DNA from: Bdellovibrionales bacterium
GTDB lineage: Bacteria; Bdellovibrionota; Bdellovibrionia; Bdellovibrionales; UBA1609
Direction: 5' to 3'
DNA: 64,000 bases
Assembly (NCBI GenBank): GCA_965200875.1
Contig: OZ241456.1
Span: 800,001 to 864,000 of the forward strand
Shown piece by piece: positions 43,314 to 53,243 of this stretch. Positions within the stretch are counted from its first letter, which is position 1; each line of letters starts with the position of its first letter. The notes beneath the pieces are model-generated. The model worked only from the letters and a program-made list of their open reading frames with translations. It made no database searches and had not been told where the DNA came from. The position numbers and the translations under genes are program-made.

Positions 43314-44226
43314 TTTGTATATATCTGTCCTCTTTATGGGAAATGTAATTGACTTTTTCCCAGTTTAAAGGTTTTGGTGTTTTTAATTCCAAGAGAGTGT
43401 TTTTTGAAGAAAATTTTTCAAATTGATTCAGCTGATTTTTGTCATCCAATTTGTGTAACACTTTCCATAACAAGTTATTAGAAAGAAAATCTTCAATATT
43501 GTCACAACGAAAGTGGCTGTTTTTGCCATCTAAAGTGGAAAAATATGCCACACTGCCTTTGGAATCACAAAGTATAAGTATGCCTCTTCCGGGTTGAGGA
43601 GTTAAGTCAATAGCAATTTCTTGATTTTCTGTAGGGTATATATCATAATCATAGTCTGGAAATTCTACATAAACTTCATTTAAAATTTGCTGGGTGTTTT
43701 CTCTAGCTGTTTCGGAAAAAGTGTCAAACCCTTCTTGTTTACATTCTTCTTCTAAGTGGTTTATAATTCTATGTAAGTTTCTTAATATGTTACTTTGATT
43801 TTTAATTATTACTTCCTGTTGTATTACTTTTTGTGTTTCCAGTGTACTTTGTATTGTATCGTGGTGTGACTTGTCCTTCTCTTTTATAAAGGCATGATTT
43901 TCTTTTTTAGATTTCATACTGTCAAGGTAATGCTGTTCCTCAGTATAAGATAATAAGTTCCATATCTGCTTTTCAGGTATAGTTTTTTCAGCCAGTGCGT
44001 ACTTAGTATTGTCATCAAATGGTGAGTCATATAAATTGGTGTTTTTTGAAAAATAATAAGGACTTGTTCTGATGGAACTTATGAAAGCACCTGTATTAAT
44101 GTCCAGCTGATCCAATATCTTTAAGTTAAGCGCAAGCTTTTCCAAAGAGGAATAAAAGGGATTAAAATCTTCCTTAGATACTTGTTCCAAAACAGATGAT
44201 TGCTTTCTCCAAAATTTCCATTTCAT
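43306..44226 (-). CDS. hypothetical protein (middle gene of coupled triad)
   Basis: 306 aa with globular-looking C-terminal half (EGFD..DIYPTENQEIAID..GILILCDSKG); ATGA overlap. Confidence 0.65.
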   Translation of the reverse strand: MKWKFWRKQSSVLEQVSKEDFNPFYSSLEKLALNLKILDQLDINTGAFISSIRTSPYYFSKNTNLYDSPFDDNTKYALAEKTIPEKQIWNLLSYTEEQHYLDSMKSKKENHAFIKEKDKSHHDTIQSTLETQKVIQQEVIIKNQSNILRNLHRIINHLEEECKQEGFDTFSETARENTQQILNEVYVEFPDYDYDIYPTENQEIAIDLTPQPGRGILILCDSKGSVAYFSTLDGKNSHFRCDNIEDFLSNNLLWKVLHKLDDKNQLNQFEKFSSKNTLLELKTPKPLNWEKVNYISHKEDRYIQNA

Positions 44227-44879
44227 TGAAACATTCCTATAAATTGTTTTGCTTGATTGTAATTTTTGGGCAATTCTTCGATAATGGTTTCTTTATTATC
44301 AGCATACTCGCCCGGATAATGTATGTTTATGTGAAAAAGAGGAACAAAATCTGGTTTAGCTGTTTGAGAACTGTGTTCTACTGCTGGCTTTTTTTCCAAT
44401 CTTCTGATTGTAACATTAAACTTTTTTCCTTTGACAGAATAAGATAACTCGATATTATGTATTGTTCCCTTGTTATTTTCAAAACTTAAGTGAGTACTTT
44501 CCAGTTTTACAATTTTTTCCATAATAGAGTCATATTTTACTTCATTTATAAAGTCAAAATTAATGCCAATAGCTTGATATTTAATATATTCAAATATTTT
44601 AACATATTTAGATGATATATCTTTTAAAAGATTTAGATTTTTTTCTTGTTCAATAATATTGGAACCTGAAAACTGAAAAATTGTTCTATCCGGTTCAGTT
44701 GTTATATTAAACCCGTTAGTGTAATTTATTTGGCTGAAAACTGGTGTGCTAATGGAGTTGCCTTTTTTTTCAAAATTTTCAGGAATAATTTTTTTATTTT
44801 CTAAAAATTCATGGTTTACGGGTGGCAAATAATTCCGTGTCGTCAACACTATAGAACATTTTACTAATATTAATGACAT
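44223..44879 (-). CDS. hypothetical protein, TIGR04255-like pattern
   Basis: SIVL..., STPVFSQI.Y.NG, KYV.., AIGINFDF, HINIH; GGAG RBS upstream. Confidence 0.6.
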   Translation of the reverse strand: MSLILVKCSIVLTTRNYLPPVNHEFLENKKIIPENFEKKGNSISTPVFSQINYTNGFNITTEPDRTIFQFSGSNIIEQEKNLNLLKDISSKYVKIFEYIKYQAIGINFDFINEVKYDSIMEKIVKLESTHLSFENNKGTIHNIELSYSVKGKKFNVTIRRLEKKPAVEHSSQTAKPDFVPLFHINIHYPGEYADNKETIIEELPKNYNQAKQFIGMFQ

Positions 44880-45252
44880 TGTTTCTTTAAAATCTCCAGT
44901 TAATCAGTTAACACTTTGTTGTTAACTACAAGCAGTATTTCTGCAAAGTTTTTCTCGCTCGACTGATTCAAATTATTTATACCATAACCTGATCAGTAAA
45001 TCCTAATTTTTTTTTGGGCTTTCAAAATCCATATTTTCGTGGGTGGATGGACTTGCCTGTCACTCCTGTTCTGAATAGAAAAAACTCTTTTTTTTAAGCA
45101 CTTAGCCGGCCTTCGAGGCAGGTTCTGTCCCATTTTAAGATCAAATAAGTGCAAGGATACACCGCTCAAGACTGATATGACAGGAGGTGGGTTTAAAGTT
45201 TGCAATATTTGCTCAGCCACTTTTTAGACTCCACTGCTCCTGAATTTGTTGT

Positions 45253-45738
45253 TTATATATATTCTCCGTCCCAAAGCTGGTGATACCCCTTTTTAACCAA
45301 ATCTTCTTCTCTTTGATCATATTTGTCACAAAAGTCATGGTAACGTTTGTCGTCTGCAAATTGCTCCAGTTTGTTTTCTTTTATCAATATCTCCAGTAAC
45401 TCCACCTGCTCTTTTGCCAAGTCCTCCCATTCCTCCCAGGGAATGCGTTTATTTCCGAAAAAGGCGCAACAACTACTAATGTACTCTCTAAGATATACAT
45501 AAACCGGCAAAATATTAATAAAGTGTCTTTTTTCTCCAGAGTGTGGAGAACCTACATCTATAGCTACAATCCATCCCAGAGCAAATAGTTTGAGAAATTT
45601 TTTTCTACTCCATTTTTCCTTAATTAAAGCCAATAAAAGCTTATCGTTTTCGAAAATATATCTCCCATGTTTTTCAAAAAAGTCACTTGCCACTATGCAG
45701 TCCTGATCTAAAATATTTACAAATTTTTGTAGCTTCAT
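45253..45738 (-). CDS. putative immunity protein
   Basis: 161 aa acidic/aromatic ORF overlapping the toxin stop codon (TAATG). Confidence 0.6.
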   Translation of the reverse strand: MKLQKFVNILDQDCIVASDFFEKHGRYIFENDKLLLALIKEKWSRKKFLKLFALGWIVAIDVGSPHSGEKRHFINILPVYVYLREYISSCCAFFGNKRIPWEEWEDLAKEQVELLEILIKENKLEQFADDKRYHDFCDKYDQREEDLVKKGYHQLWDGEYI

Positions 45739-47849
45739 TATTTAAGTTCCATAAAACTTATGATATTTTCTCCACCTTCTGTAAGGGTAGGGGCAGAAGG
45801 AGCTTTAATCGCCTTAAAGCCTTTTCTTTTTGCTATATGACCCAAGATATGAGTCGCTTCATAAGCATTAGGTGTGACATTTGTCAATTCTGTCGCAATA
45901 GCTTTTTTTGTTAAGGGACTGTCGCTGTTCTTGCTGAGTTGTTTTAAAACATTTGGGTCTGTTAAATCTAGGACCTTGTCCAATTCGATGTTTTTAGAAC
46001 CAATATGAAACAAATCTTCCACTTGTTGATTTGTGATTCGCTTACCTTTAAAACCAGCAGTTATCTCCCTGATAGCAGTTTTGCGACTTAAAGAAGTGTA
46101 AATGGCTTCTTCCCCGGGAATGGAATACCGCCGGCTGAGGTATGAAGCATTAGGGCGAAACTTAAACAAATCCTCCTGTTGGTTGGAAAAAATACGCCCT
46201 GACCGACTACTGTAACCAGACTTCCTTACTCCTCTCCATACTTCATCTTGTACTAAAACAGGTTGAACTTCATCCATGTTTTTGTAAACTAAAGCATAAG
46301 TATCACCCACTCTTACCAATTCTGCAGAATTTGGAACTGCGTCCTTTCCCAACTCTCGCGCAAAGCGCATCTGCCTTGCCAAAAACTCCTCTCCTGATAC
46401 TGGTAATTTCACACCTGAAGAAGCTAAATCGTCCAAAGCCTTTGTATAATCTTCCACACCAGACTTCCCAGCTAAACGCAAACCCCGCTCTACTTCCCCT
46501 TTTGCAGGGTTTTCTCGTGAAAAAGCACGGCCTAAAAACTTAAGTCCTATTTTTATCTCCTGCCTTGTCCTTAAACCTATATCCTCCATAGCTTTAAAGA
46601 AAACAGCAGGGGACTCCTTCACTATCTTTGCTAAACGGGAATCACTCATAGCTCGAAGATTTTTAGCCAAAAGCTTTTTGTTGATCTGGCTTAAAACTTT
46701 GTCTGTTGTTTTTAAAGACTGCTTAATTGCACTGGAACTCACTACTCCACCGCTTAAACTGGAAAGCGCAATGCCCATTACCGACATAGATCTTTCGAAA
46801 GCTGTAAGAGATCTGCCTGTGAGAAGATGCCTACCTGTAAAAGCTTCATATACATCTTTTCCAAGGCCCACAACAGGAAGAACACCCAGAACAATGTCGG
46901 CCATTCCTTCACCTATCTGATAGGCCAACTCCGCCTCTAGCTCATTTCCCGCTGAATACTCTTCATCGGCTGTCTCCACTGCCGACAAGCCTATCTCCCT
47001 AGCTCTTATCCCTTGCTCATGGTAAGGGTTGGAGGTACGCAATTTTTCATACAATTTTTTGGTTTTTTCCAAAAATTCGCCTGCTGGCGACTGAAACTCA
47101 TAAGGTGGTTCTTTAGGGGCGGATAATTTTTCATCATTTAAAAAACTAAGCTGGCTTCGGTCATATTGCGTCCTTAAAGCAGACTTGGCAACATCTCGCA
47201 CATTTTCCACATAAAGACCACGAGGGTCTGCATGATAAAGAGCACGCATATCAATATTTTCTGTTTCTCGGACAAATAATTGATCCAGAGATTGGCTTAA
47301 AGAGGCTATATCATTTTTAACCTTGTTAAAGTCTGCAGTAATAAGATTATTGAAAGAAGCTAAAGCGTTTTTCTGGCTTTCTTCTTCCAGTATGAATAAA
47401 ACTTGCTGAACAAGCTTCCCTTTTTTTGTCTCACTTAAACCATTTAAGAGAAAAGAACTTTCAATGATACTTTCAGCTTCTTGATCCATTTGAATGGTAA
47501 TTTGAGCAAAAGAACCCTGTTGAGTTAATTGTTGTTTTTCTTGAGTAGGTTGTTTTCTTTGAGCGGATAGTTTTGGTGGATTTTGGTGGGAATCAAAGGG
47601 GAGTGAAAAAGTCAGCCATTTTTGACTCATACGATCCTGCAAATTTACAAATTGCTCACTTAACTTGGAACACTCCTGTTTTATTTTCTCTTCTGACATT
47701 TTTGGAAGTGTAGGAATTTCCAACTCACCAATAGTTATTCCTGAAAAACAATATTCAGTTAAGAGTTGATCTGAATTTTTTTTACCAGAAGTGCAGGCAG
47801 ATAATAAAAAAATAAGAATAAAAACCGCTAAAGAAGACATTTCATTCAA
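45738..47849 (-). CDS. lipoprotein polymorphic toxin: pre-toxin TG domain + C-terminal RES domain
   Basis: Lipobox LLSAC; PT-TG DIVLGVLPVVGLGKDVYEAFTGRHLLTGRSL..FER; RES pattern VWRG, RRYS..EAIYTS, AIREI, VLDLT, GFKAIKAPS, GENIISF. Confidence 0.8.
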   Translation of the reverse strand: MNEMSSLAVFILIFLLSACTSGKKNSDQLLTEYCFSGITIGELEIPTLPKMSEEKIKQECSKLSEQFVNLQDRMSQKWLTFSLPFDSHQNPPKLSAQRKQPTQEKQQLTQQGSFAQITIQMDQEAESIIESSFLLNGLSETKKGKLVQQVLFILEEESQKNALASFNNLITADFNKVKNDIASLSQSLDQLFVRETENIDMRALYHADPRGLYVENVRDVAKSALRTQYDRSQLSFLNDEKLSAPKEPPYEFQSPAGEFLEKTKKLYEKLRTSNPYHEQGIRAREIGLSAVETADEEYSAGNELEAELAYQIGEGMADIVLGVLPVVGLGKDVYEAFTGRHLLTGRSLTAFERSMSVMGIALSSLSGGVVSSSAIKQSLKTTDKVLSQINKKLLAKNLRAMSDSRLAKIVKESPAVFFKAMEDIGLRTRQEIKIGLKFLGRAFSRENPAKGEVERGLRLAGKSGVEDYTKALDDLASSGVKLPVSGEEFLARQMRFARELGKDAVPNSAELVRVGDTYALVYKNMDEVQPVLVQDEVWRGVRKSGYSSRSGRIFSNQQEDLFKFRPNASYLSRRYSIPGEEAIYTSLSRKTAIREITAGFKGKRITNQQVEDLFHIGSKNIELDKVLDLTDPNVLKQLSKNSDSPLTKKAIATELTNVTPNAYEATHILGHIAKRKGFKAIKAPSAPTLTEGGENIISFMELK

Positions 47850-48010
47850 AACCTTACTTTATTGCGCTTCCCTGCGATTTTAAAAAACTCTTTTCTTATA
47901 TTATAATTTTATTTTAAAGTCAAGGTTTTACTCTAAAGTTTGAAACCAAGAGGACCGATAAGCTATTTTATAGCCTGTTTGAATCAATTTTTTAAGATAA
48001 AAAGTAAATT

Positions 48011-49309
48011 ATGAAAACATCCTCTCAAGATAAAAAAATCTGGCTTCCTTATACTCAGATGAAGAAAATTAATTTTTTGCCTGAAGCTCAATCCGCTAAA
48101 GGGAGTCGCATTTACCTTAAAAATGGACACTCTGTCATTGATGCTATTTCCTCTTGGTGGGTTATCACCTTAGGGCACTGCGAACCTTCCATCGTTTCTG
48201 CTGTGCAAAAACAGGCAGAGCAAATGGATCAGGTTTTGTTCGCAAACTTCAGTCATGCTCCTGCAAAAAAACTCCTGAAGGAAATGCAAAAAATTTTACC
48301 AAAAGAACTGCCTTATCTGTTTTTTTCTGACAATGGTTCTACAGCCGTAGAGTCCGCACTTAAAATGGCTATGCAAAGCTGGAAACAAAAAAAATCTGGA
48401 ACATCATCACAGAGAAACAAATTTATTTCTTTTAAAAACTCCTATCACGGAGACACAGTTGGTGCAATGAGTGTAAGTGGAAGAAATCTTTTTACACACC
48501 CCTATAAGAAAATGTTATTTTCTGTTATTAGAGCAAACCAAGGTGTTCGGTCCAGTGATCCTATTTCAGCGTATGTTTCTGACTTTGAAGAAAAGGTAAA
48601 AAAATATCACTATACTTTGGCAGGTGTTATAATCGAGCCGTTTATTCAGGGAGCTGGTGGCATGATTATGTGGCCTAAAAAAGCTCTTGAGGAAATTTGT
48701 GCTATCAGTAAAAAAAAGGGACTTTATCTTATATTTGATGAAGTTATGACAGGGTTTGGAAGAACAGGAGAGCTGTTTGCCTTTCAAAAACTGGGTATTG
48801 TGCCGGATCTTTTATGTCTCTCCAAAGGACTCACTGGTGGCATTTTGCCTTTGGCTTTGACAGTAGCCAATAAAGAAATTTACGATAGTTTTTTATCCGA
48901 TGAAAAAAAACAAATGTTTTTTCATGGACACAGTTTTACAGGCAATCCCATATCATGTTCTGCCACACTGGCGAATGTTAAAACTATAAATCAAGTCAAG
49001 TGGAAAAAAGAATGGCGCAGAATAGAAACTTTTCATCAAAAAAAAGTAAACACCATTAAAGATCATAAAAATCTGTTGGATGCGAGAGTTTGTGGCACTG
49101 TATCTGCACTTGAATTTCGCCTGCCACACAGAGGGTACAGCTCTCATTTTGCTGAAGAGCTGACAGGAAGAGCTATGCAAGAAGGGATATTCCTGCGTCC
49201 GCTTGGCAATATTGTGTATATTTTACCACCCTATTGTGTCAGTAACGAGGAGCTGGAATGGATATGGACCTTTATTGAAAAAGAGCTTAATCGTATCAAG
49301 TCTCCGTGA
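48011..49309 (+). CDS. bioA: adenosylmethionine-8-amino-7-oxononanoate aminotransferase
   Basis: IWLPYTQM, DAISSWW, DNGSTAVE.ALKMA, YHGDT, FDEVMTGFGRTG, SKGLTGG, HGHSF, LRPLGN. Confidence 0.96.
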   Translation: MKTSSQDKKIWLPYTQMKKINFLPEAQSAKGSRIYLKNGHSVIDAISSWWVITLGHCEPSIVSAVQKQAEQMDQVLFANFSHAPAKKLLKEMQKILPKELPYLFFSDNGSTAVESALKMAMQSWKQKKSGTSSQRNKFISFKNSYHGDTVGAMSVSGRNLFTHPYKKMLFSVIRANQGVRSSDPISAYVSDFEEKVKKYHYTLAGVIIEPFIQGAGGMIMWPKKALEEICAISKKKGLYLIFDEVMTGFGRTGELFAFQKLGIVPDLLCLSKGLTGGILPLALTVANKEIYDSFLSDEKKQMFFHGHSFTGNPISCSATLANVKTINQVKWKKEWRRIETFHQKKVNTIKDHKNLLDARVCGTVSALEFRLPHRGYSSHFAEELTGRAMQEGIFLRPLGNIVYILPPYCVSNEELEWIWTFIEKELNRIKSP

Positions 49310-49412
49310 TCAAGCTTTACAAAAAGCAAGCAAATTAAAAAATGTTTGTCTTTGTTTTAAAATTTTCAAATGGATCGATCCTGAAAAAATGGACAAGCGA
49401 CACCATTATTCA

Positions 49413-50453
49413 TCAAGAAAATAGAGTACTTACAGAACCTTTGGAGTGAATCCTTTGCATGGCTTTAGCTACGAGAGGAGCGACAGAAACACAATGTATT
49501 TTTTGTGTTAAATTCTGATTTTCTTTCTCTGGAAGGTTTTCTGTCTCACTTTCAGTATGTTTTTTCGGAGTGGTATCTTTACTGTTTTTTTTGGATGGGT
49601 TTATCCAGTCGGTTGTTGGTTTTACCAATTTCCAAGGTATAGTATCTGTTATCCAAACTTCTTTTAAGGGGCTGTTTTTAATCCTGTGTAAGGCCGGATG
49701 GGAAAAAACAGCATGGGTGGCTATAGCGTACACTTCCTTTGCTCCATGTTGAATAAGACGCTCAACACCGGTGGAGAGAGTACCGGCAGTGTCAATCATA
49801 TCATCTATAATAAGAGCCGTTTTATCCTTTATATCACCAATAACATGGAAAGCATCAGCAGAATTTGGTTTAGTTCGTCTTTTATCTATAATGGCTATGG
49901 GACTTTTAATTATTTTTGCAAAAGAGCTTGCTCTTTCCACTGCTCCAGCATCGGGACTGACACATACGACATTTTTCAAATCTCTTTTTTTTTCCAACCA
50001 TGTTTTGGCCATAACCGGAAAAGCAAATAAATTATCTACTGGGCCATTGAAAAAACCCTGAATTTGAGGAGCGTGCAAATCTATCGTCAGTAGCCTTTTG
50101 GCTCCTGCAGTTTGACAAAGATCCGCTACACATTTGGCGGATATAGGTGCGCGAGGTTCAGCTTTTCGATCCTGACGAGCATAACCGTAATAGGGCATGA
50201 CTAGAGTAATTTCCTGAGCAGAAGCTCTTTTCATGGCATCCATCAGGATAAAGAGTTCCATGTAGTTTTCGTTTACTGGTGCGCAGGTGCTTTGTATGAT
50301 AAACACATCAGAACCACGTACATTTTCTTTGATAGACACTCGCACTTCGCCATCTGCGAAGCGAGAAATCTCACAATCTCCCAAAGGGATATTTAAGTGG
50401 TTCGCCACTTTTTTTGCAAATTTTGGATTGGCGTTGCCTGTAAAAATTTTCAT
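49413..50453 (-). CDS. prs: ribose-phosphate pyrophosphokinase
   Basis: FADGE, PYYGYARQDRK, DLHAPQIQGFF, VSPDAG, IDDMIDTAGT. Confidence 0.97.
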   Translation of the reverse strand: MKIFTGNANPKFAKKVANHLNIPLGDCEISRFADGEVRVSIKENVRGSDVFIIQSTCAPVNENYMELFILMDAMKRASAQEITLVMPYYGYARQDRKAEPRAPISAKCVADLCQTAGAKRLLTIDLHAPQIQGFFNGPVDNLFAFPVMAKTWLEKKRDLKNVVCVSPDAGAVERASSFAKIIKSPIAIIDKRRTKPNSADAFHVIGDIKDKTALIIDDMIDTAGTLSTGVERLIQHGAKEVYAIATHAVFSHPALHRIKNSPLKEVWITDTIPWKLVKPTTDWINPSKKNSKDTTPKKHTESETENLPEKENQNLTQKIHCVSVAPLVAKAMQRIHSKGSVSTLFS

Positions 50454-50473
50454 TGAAATATTTTTTTTAGTGG

Positions 50474-50932
50474 TTATTTTTTAATACCTTCTGATTTGTT
50501 TTTATCTGCTTTTATCTTATGTGAATTTGGAGAGTTCAGCAGTAATAAAGTTTTTATGTCTGCTTCTATTCTGTTAAATCTTTCGTCTATTTTATTAAAT
50601 CTTTCGTTGAATCGGGATTCTATGTTGTCAAGGCGTGAGCTGGTTTGAGATTCCATATTGTCCAGCCGTGCGTTGGTTTTGCTATCCAGATAACTTATAA
50701 AGCCTGCAAATAAAACGAATCCACTTATTACAACCCCTAAAGTCCAAAGCTTTAAATCTTTTTTCAAAAGCTCCAGATCTTTTTTATTGATAGCTCTTTG
50801 TTCTATGGTTCGAACAATAGCCTCTGCCTGTTCGACTGTAAAGCCACTTTCTGTCAGATGATTGATCTGTTGTTTTGTTAAATTACTTTCCATAACTCCT
50901 TGGATGATGAATGAAATAGGCCATAAAGTCAA
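50474..50932 (-). CDS. DUF1640/Bdr-like TM and coiled-coil protein
   Basis: LTESGFTVEQAEAIV, TM helix, heptad repeats (RFNKIDERFNRIE). Confidence 0.6.
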   Translation of the reverse strand: MTLWPISFIIQGVMESNLTKQQINHLTESGFTVEQAEAIVRTIEQRAINKKDLELLKKDLKLWTLGVVISGFVLFAGFISYLDSKTNARLDNMESQTSSRLDNIESRFNERFNKIDERFNRIEADIKTLLLLNSPNSHKIKADKNKSEGIKK

Positions 50933-51135
50933 ATATATATATTTTTACCCTGTAACCATTTGATCTGACTTCCACCCAGAAAACAAGTCAGTGATTCAAT
51001 AACTTAAAAACTGTCTTTTTATGTAATTTTGGTCAGAGAAAAAATGGTGATCCACTTCCGTGGTATCTAAATTTTTGGGGTCAAGAACATTACAAGACTT
51101 CAGTTTTAAAATCCGAGGTGAAAATCCTTAAATAC

Positions 51136-51182
51136 TTGACTTTTACCCCCCCCCGTTAGTCTGGAGGTATCTCGATTAAATG
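51136..51182 (+). promoter_or_regulatory. putative sigma70 promoter with C9 tract in the spacer (copy 1)
   Basis: TTGACT-TTTA-C9-GT-TAGTCT; near-identical copy on the minus strand at 61285-61331. Confidence 0.55.
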
Positions 51183-51203
51183 AGATTTTAAAAGGAGTAT
51201 TTT

Positions 51204-52073
51204 ATGAAAAAGATAATGAATAAAAATGTATTAATTGGCTTTGGTTTTGGTTTTTTATTGTCGGCTGTCTTGTTTTTTGTAGGAGGGGCTGGAATCACTA
51301 AGAGAGAATTATCAGCTGGTGATCATGGTACAGAAGAAGACCGGAGAAATGAAGGTGCAAGAATAGATTTGTATAGAAAAAGCCCCACTTTACAAGGTGC
51401 TAAACTGCGCCTGCCGACAGAACCGGACGCGTACAAGATTCGAAAGCTTAATAGCGTAAGCAGTAATTACTTAGATAATCAAGGATTCATATCGAGACTT
51501 TTTACATTTCTTACTGGTTTTACTACTAGTGTTAGGGGCTCGCAAGCCGATCGGAAGAGATATAAAACTAATTATTCATGTGGTATTAATAATTATTTTG
51601 ATGAATATAGATATAAGACAGATGTTCCATTTAGGTGTGATTTGAGCGGTGCAGATTTGCGTGAAAAGGATTTGAGCGGTGCGATTTTGAATTTTTCTAC
51701 TTTTTATAAGGCAGATTTGTCCGGTGCTAATATGTCAAATATACAGGCTATAGATTCAAATTTTGAAGAGGCAAATTTGTCCGGTGCAAATTTAACTGAT
51801 GCGGAGTTACCTAGAGCAAGATTTGTAAATGCAGATTTGAGCGGTGCAGATTTTACCAATGCGGATTTGTTTAATATGAGATTGCAAAATTCAAATGTGA
51901 ACAATGCGAATTTTACAAATGCAATTTTGTACGAAGCGATTTTTAAAGAAATGGACTTGAGCGGTGCAGATTTTACCGGGGCGAAAGTTAGACCATACCA
52001 AGTGGAATATTTAGAAGCACAGGGTGTAAGTGGTTTTGTTGTTGTTGAAGCACCTCTAGTAAAATTTTTCTAA
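51204..52073 (+). CDS. membrane-anchored or secreted pentapeptide-repeat protein
   Basis: N-terminal hydrophobic segment, DLSGADL repeats, C-terminal YLEAQGVSGFVVVE. Confidence 0.9.
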   Translation: MKKIMNKNVLIGFGFGFLLSAVLFFVGGAGITKRELSAGDHGTEEDRRNEGARIDLYRKSPTLQGAKLRLPTEPDAYKIRKLNSVSSNYLDNQGFISRLFTFLTGFTTSVRGSQADRKRYKTNYSCGINNYFDEYRYKTDVPFRCDLSGADLREKDLSGAILNFSTFYKADLSGANMSNIQAIDSNFEEANLSGANLTDAELPRARFVNADLSGADFTNADLFNMRLQNSNVNNANFTNAILYEAIFKEMDLSGADFTGAKVRPYQVEYLEAQGVSGFVVVEAPLVKFF

Positions 52074-52211
52074 ATTCTCTTAATTTTCATAACTTCCTTT
52101 GGTTAGAAGAAGCCTGTTTTAATCTCAGACGGGCTTTTTCGTTTTAAGGGAATCATAAGCAACCGGGGGTTGGTTATATATCACTGAGAATGAAAATCTA
52201 TCAGAGGGAAT

Positions 52212-52247
52212 CAAATAAAAAAGCCTCTTCTTTTTGGGAAGAGGCTT
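52212..52247 (-). terminator. intrinsic terminator
   Basis: AAGCCTCTTC-7nt-GAAGAGGCTT hairpin followed by a T-run on the minus strand, downstream of 52297-53007. Confidence 0.7.
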
Positions 52248-52296
52248 AATGGTGTTGTTGTTGAGTGGTAGGTTTTAAGTTGTTAAGAGCGACCGA

Positions 52297-53007
52297 TTAA
52301 ATGGTTTGTTTTTGCCACCGTTCGTACTCTTGCTGAACCAAAGAACCAGATCTTTTCAGGATAGGTTTAAATTTTACTAATTCCTTTCTGGCTTTATTCA
52401 CTTGGCCGGATTTCACCAACAGATTAATGTAAGCACGCATAACAGTAATCTGCACAGTGTTGGGGCTAGCGTTTAAAGCATATTTGTAGTAAGAAAGAGC
52501 AAATTCTACTTGTCCTTGTTTTTCCAGAATACGGGCGTAATTGTAAGAGGCCTTTACACTGGAACCTTTTTTAGTAAAATACTCTTTGTAAGTTTTGCTG
52601 GCTGATTCCAGTCTGTTTCTGCGGTATTGAAACTCTCCGAGTTTTGCAAGTATTTTCATGTCGTTTGAAGAGCGAAAAAAAGACCTGTGCGCGTTTTCCG
52701 TGCAGTTGTATTTTTTAAGCTGAAGACAAAGAGAAGTCAGTTTTTTAAAAGACTTTTCATTGAGTGTTCCTGTCCATTGTCTGGCTTTAAGAGGCATAAT
52801 GGTCAGGGAAGCGGATCCCCAGTTTCCAACATAAACCACAAAACCCATCAAAGTGAGTCCAGCGATAAAGATGTTTTTTGCGATTTTATTTTGGATTTGT
52901 CTTTCTTTTGTTTGGTTGAGGGATTTATGCCATCCACACTGACAGTGCAAAGTGTTTCCGGTTTTTTTGATTTTGTTTCCACAGTTTGGGCAATTTATGA
53001 AGTTCAT
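52297..53007 (-). CDS. Zn-ribbon + TM + TPR protein
   Basis: CPNC..CQCG, TM helix, TPR-like ASYNYARILEKQGQVEFALSYYKYAL. Confidence 0.75.
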   Translation of the reverse strand: MNFINCPNCGNKIKKTGNTLHCQCGWHKSLNQTKERQIQNKIAKNIFIAGLTLMGFVVYVGNWGSASLTIMPLKARQWTGTLNEKSFKKLTSLCLQLKKYNCTENAHRSFFRSSNDMKILAKLGEFQYRRNRLESASKTYKEYFTKKGSSVKASYNYARILEKQGQVEFALSYYKYALNASPNTVQITVMRAYINLLVKSGQVNKARKELVKFKPILKRSGSLVQQEYERWQKQTI

Positions 53008-53243
53008 TTTTTTCTCCTTTGTTTTTTGGTTTATGTATAAATAAAGTGCAAGAAAAGGGGAGAGGTTTTTACAAGTGATTGAAATAGTTGTATATTTTTA
53101 TATTTGATTGATAAGTGTTTAGAGATTGGTGATGAAAAGTGTTTCAAAGTGAAACAAAGAGCTGTGTAAAGTTCAGACACTAAAGACAAAATGGGTATCA
53201 AGGTTCTGTCTCGCCTCAAGATCGAGTATTACCAAAGCATTCC

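Noticed and set aside
44993..45220. 75 aa ORF as an orphan toxin or immunity module
   Set aside because: No recognisable motif or similarity to the upstream toxin; cannot be supported.
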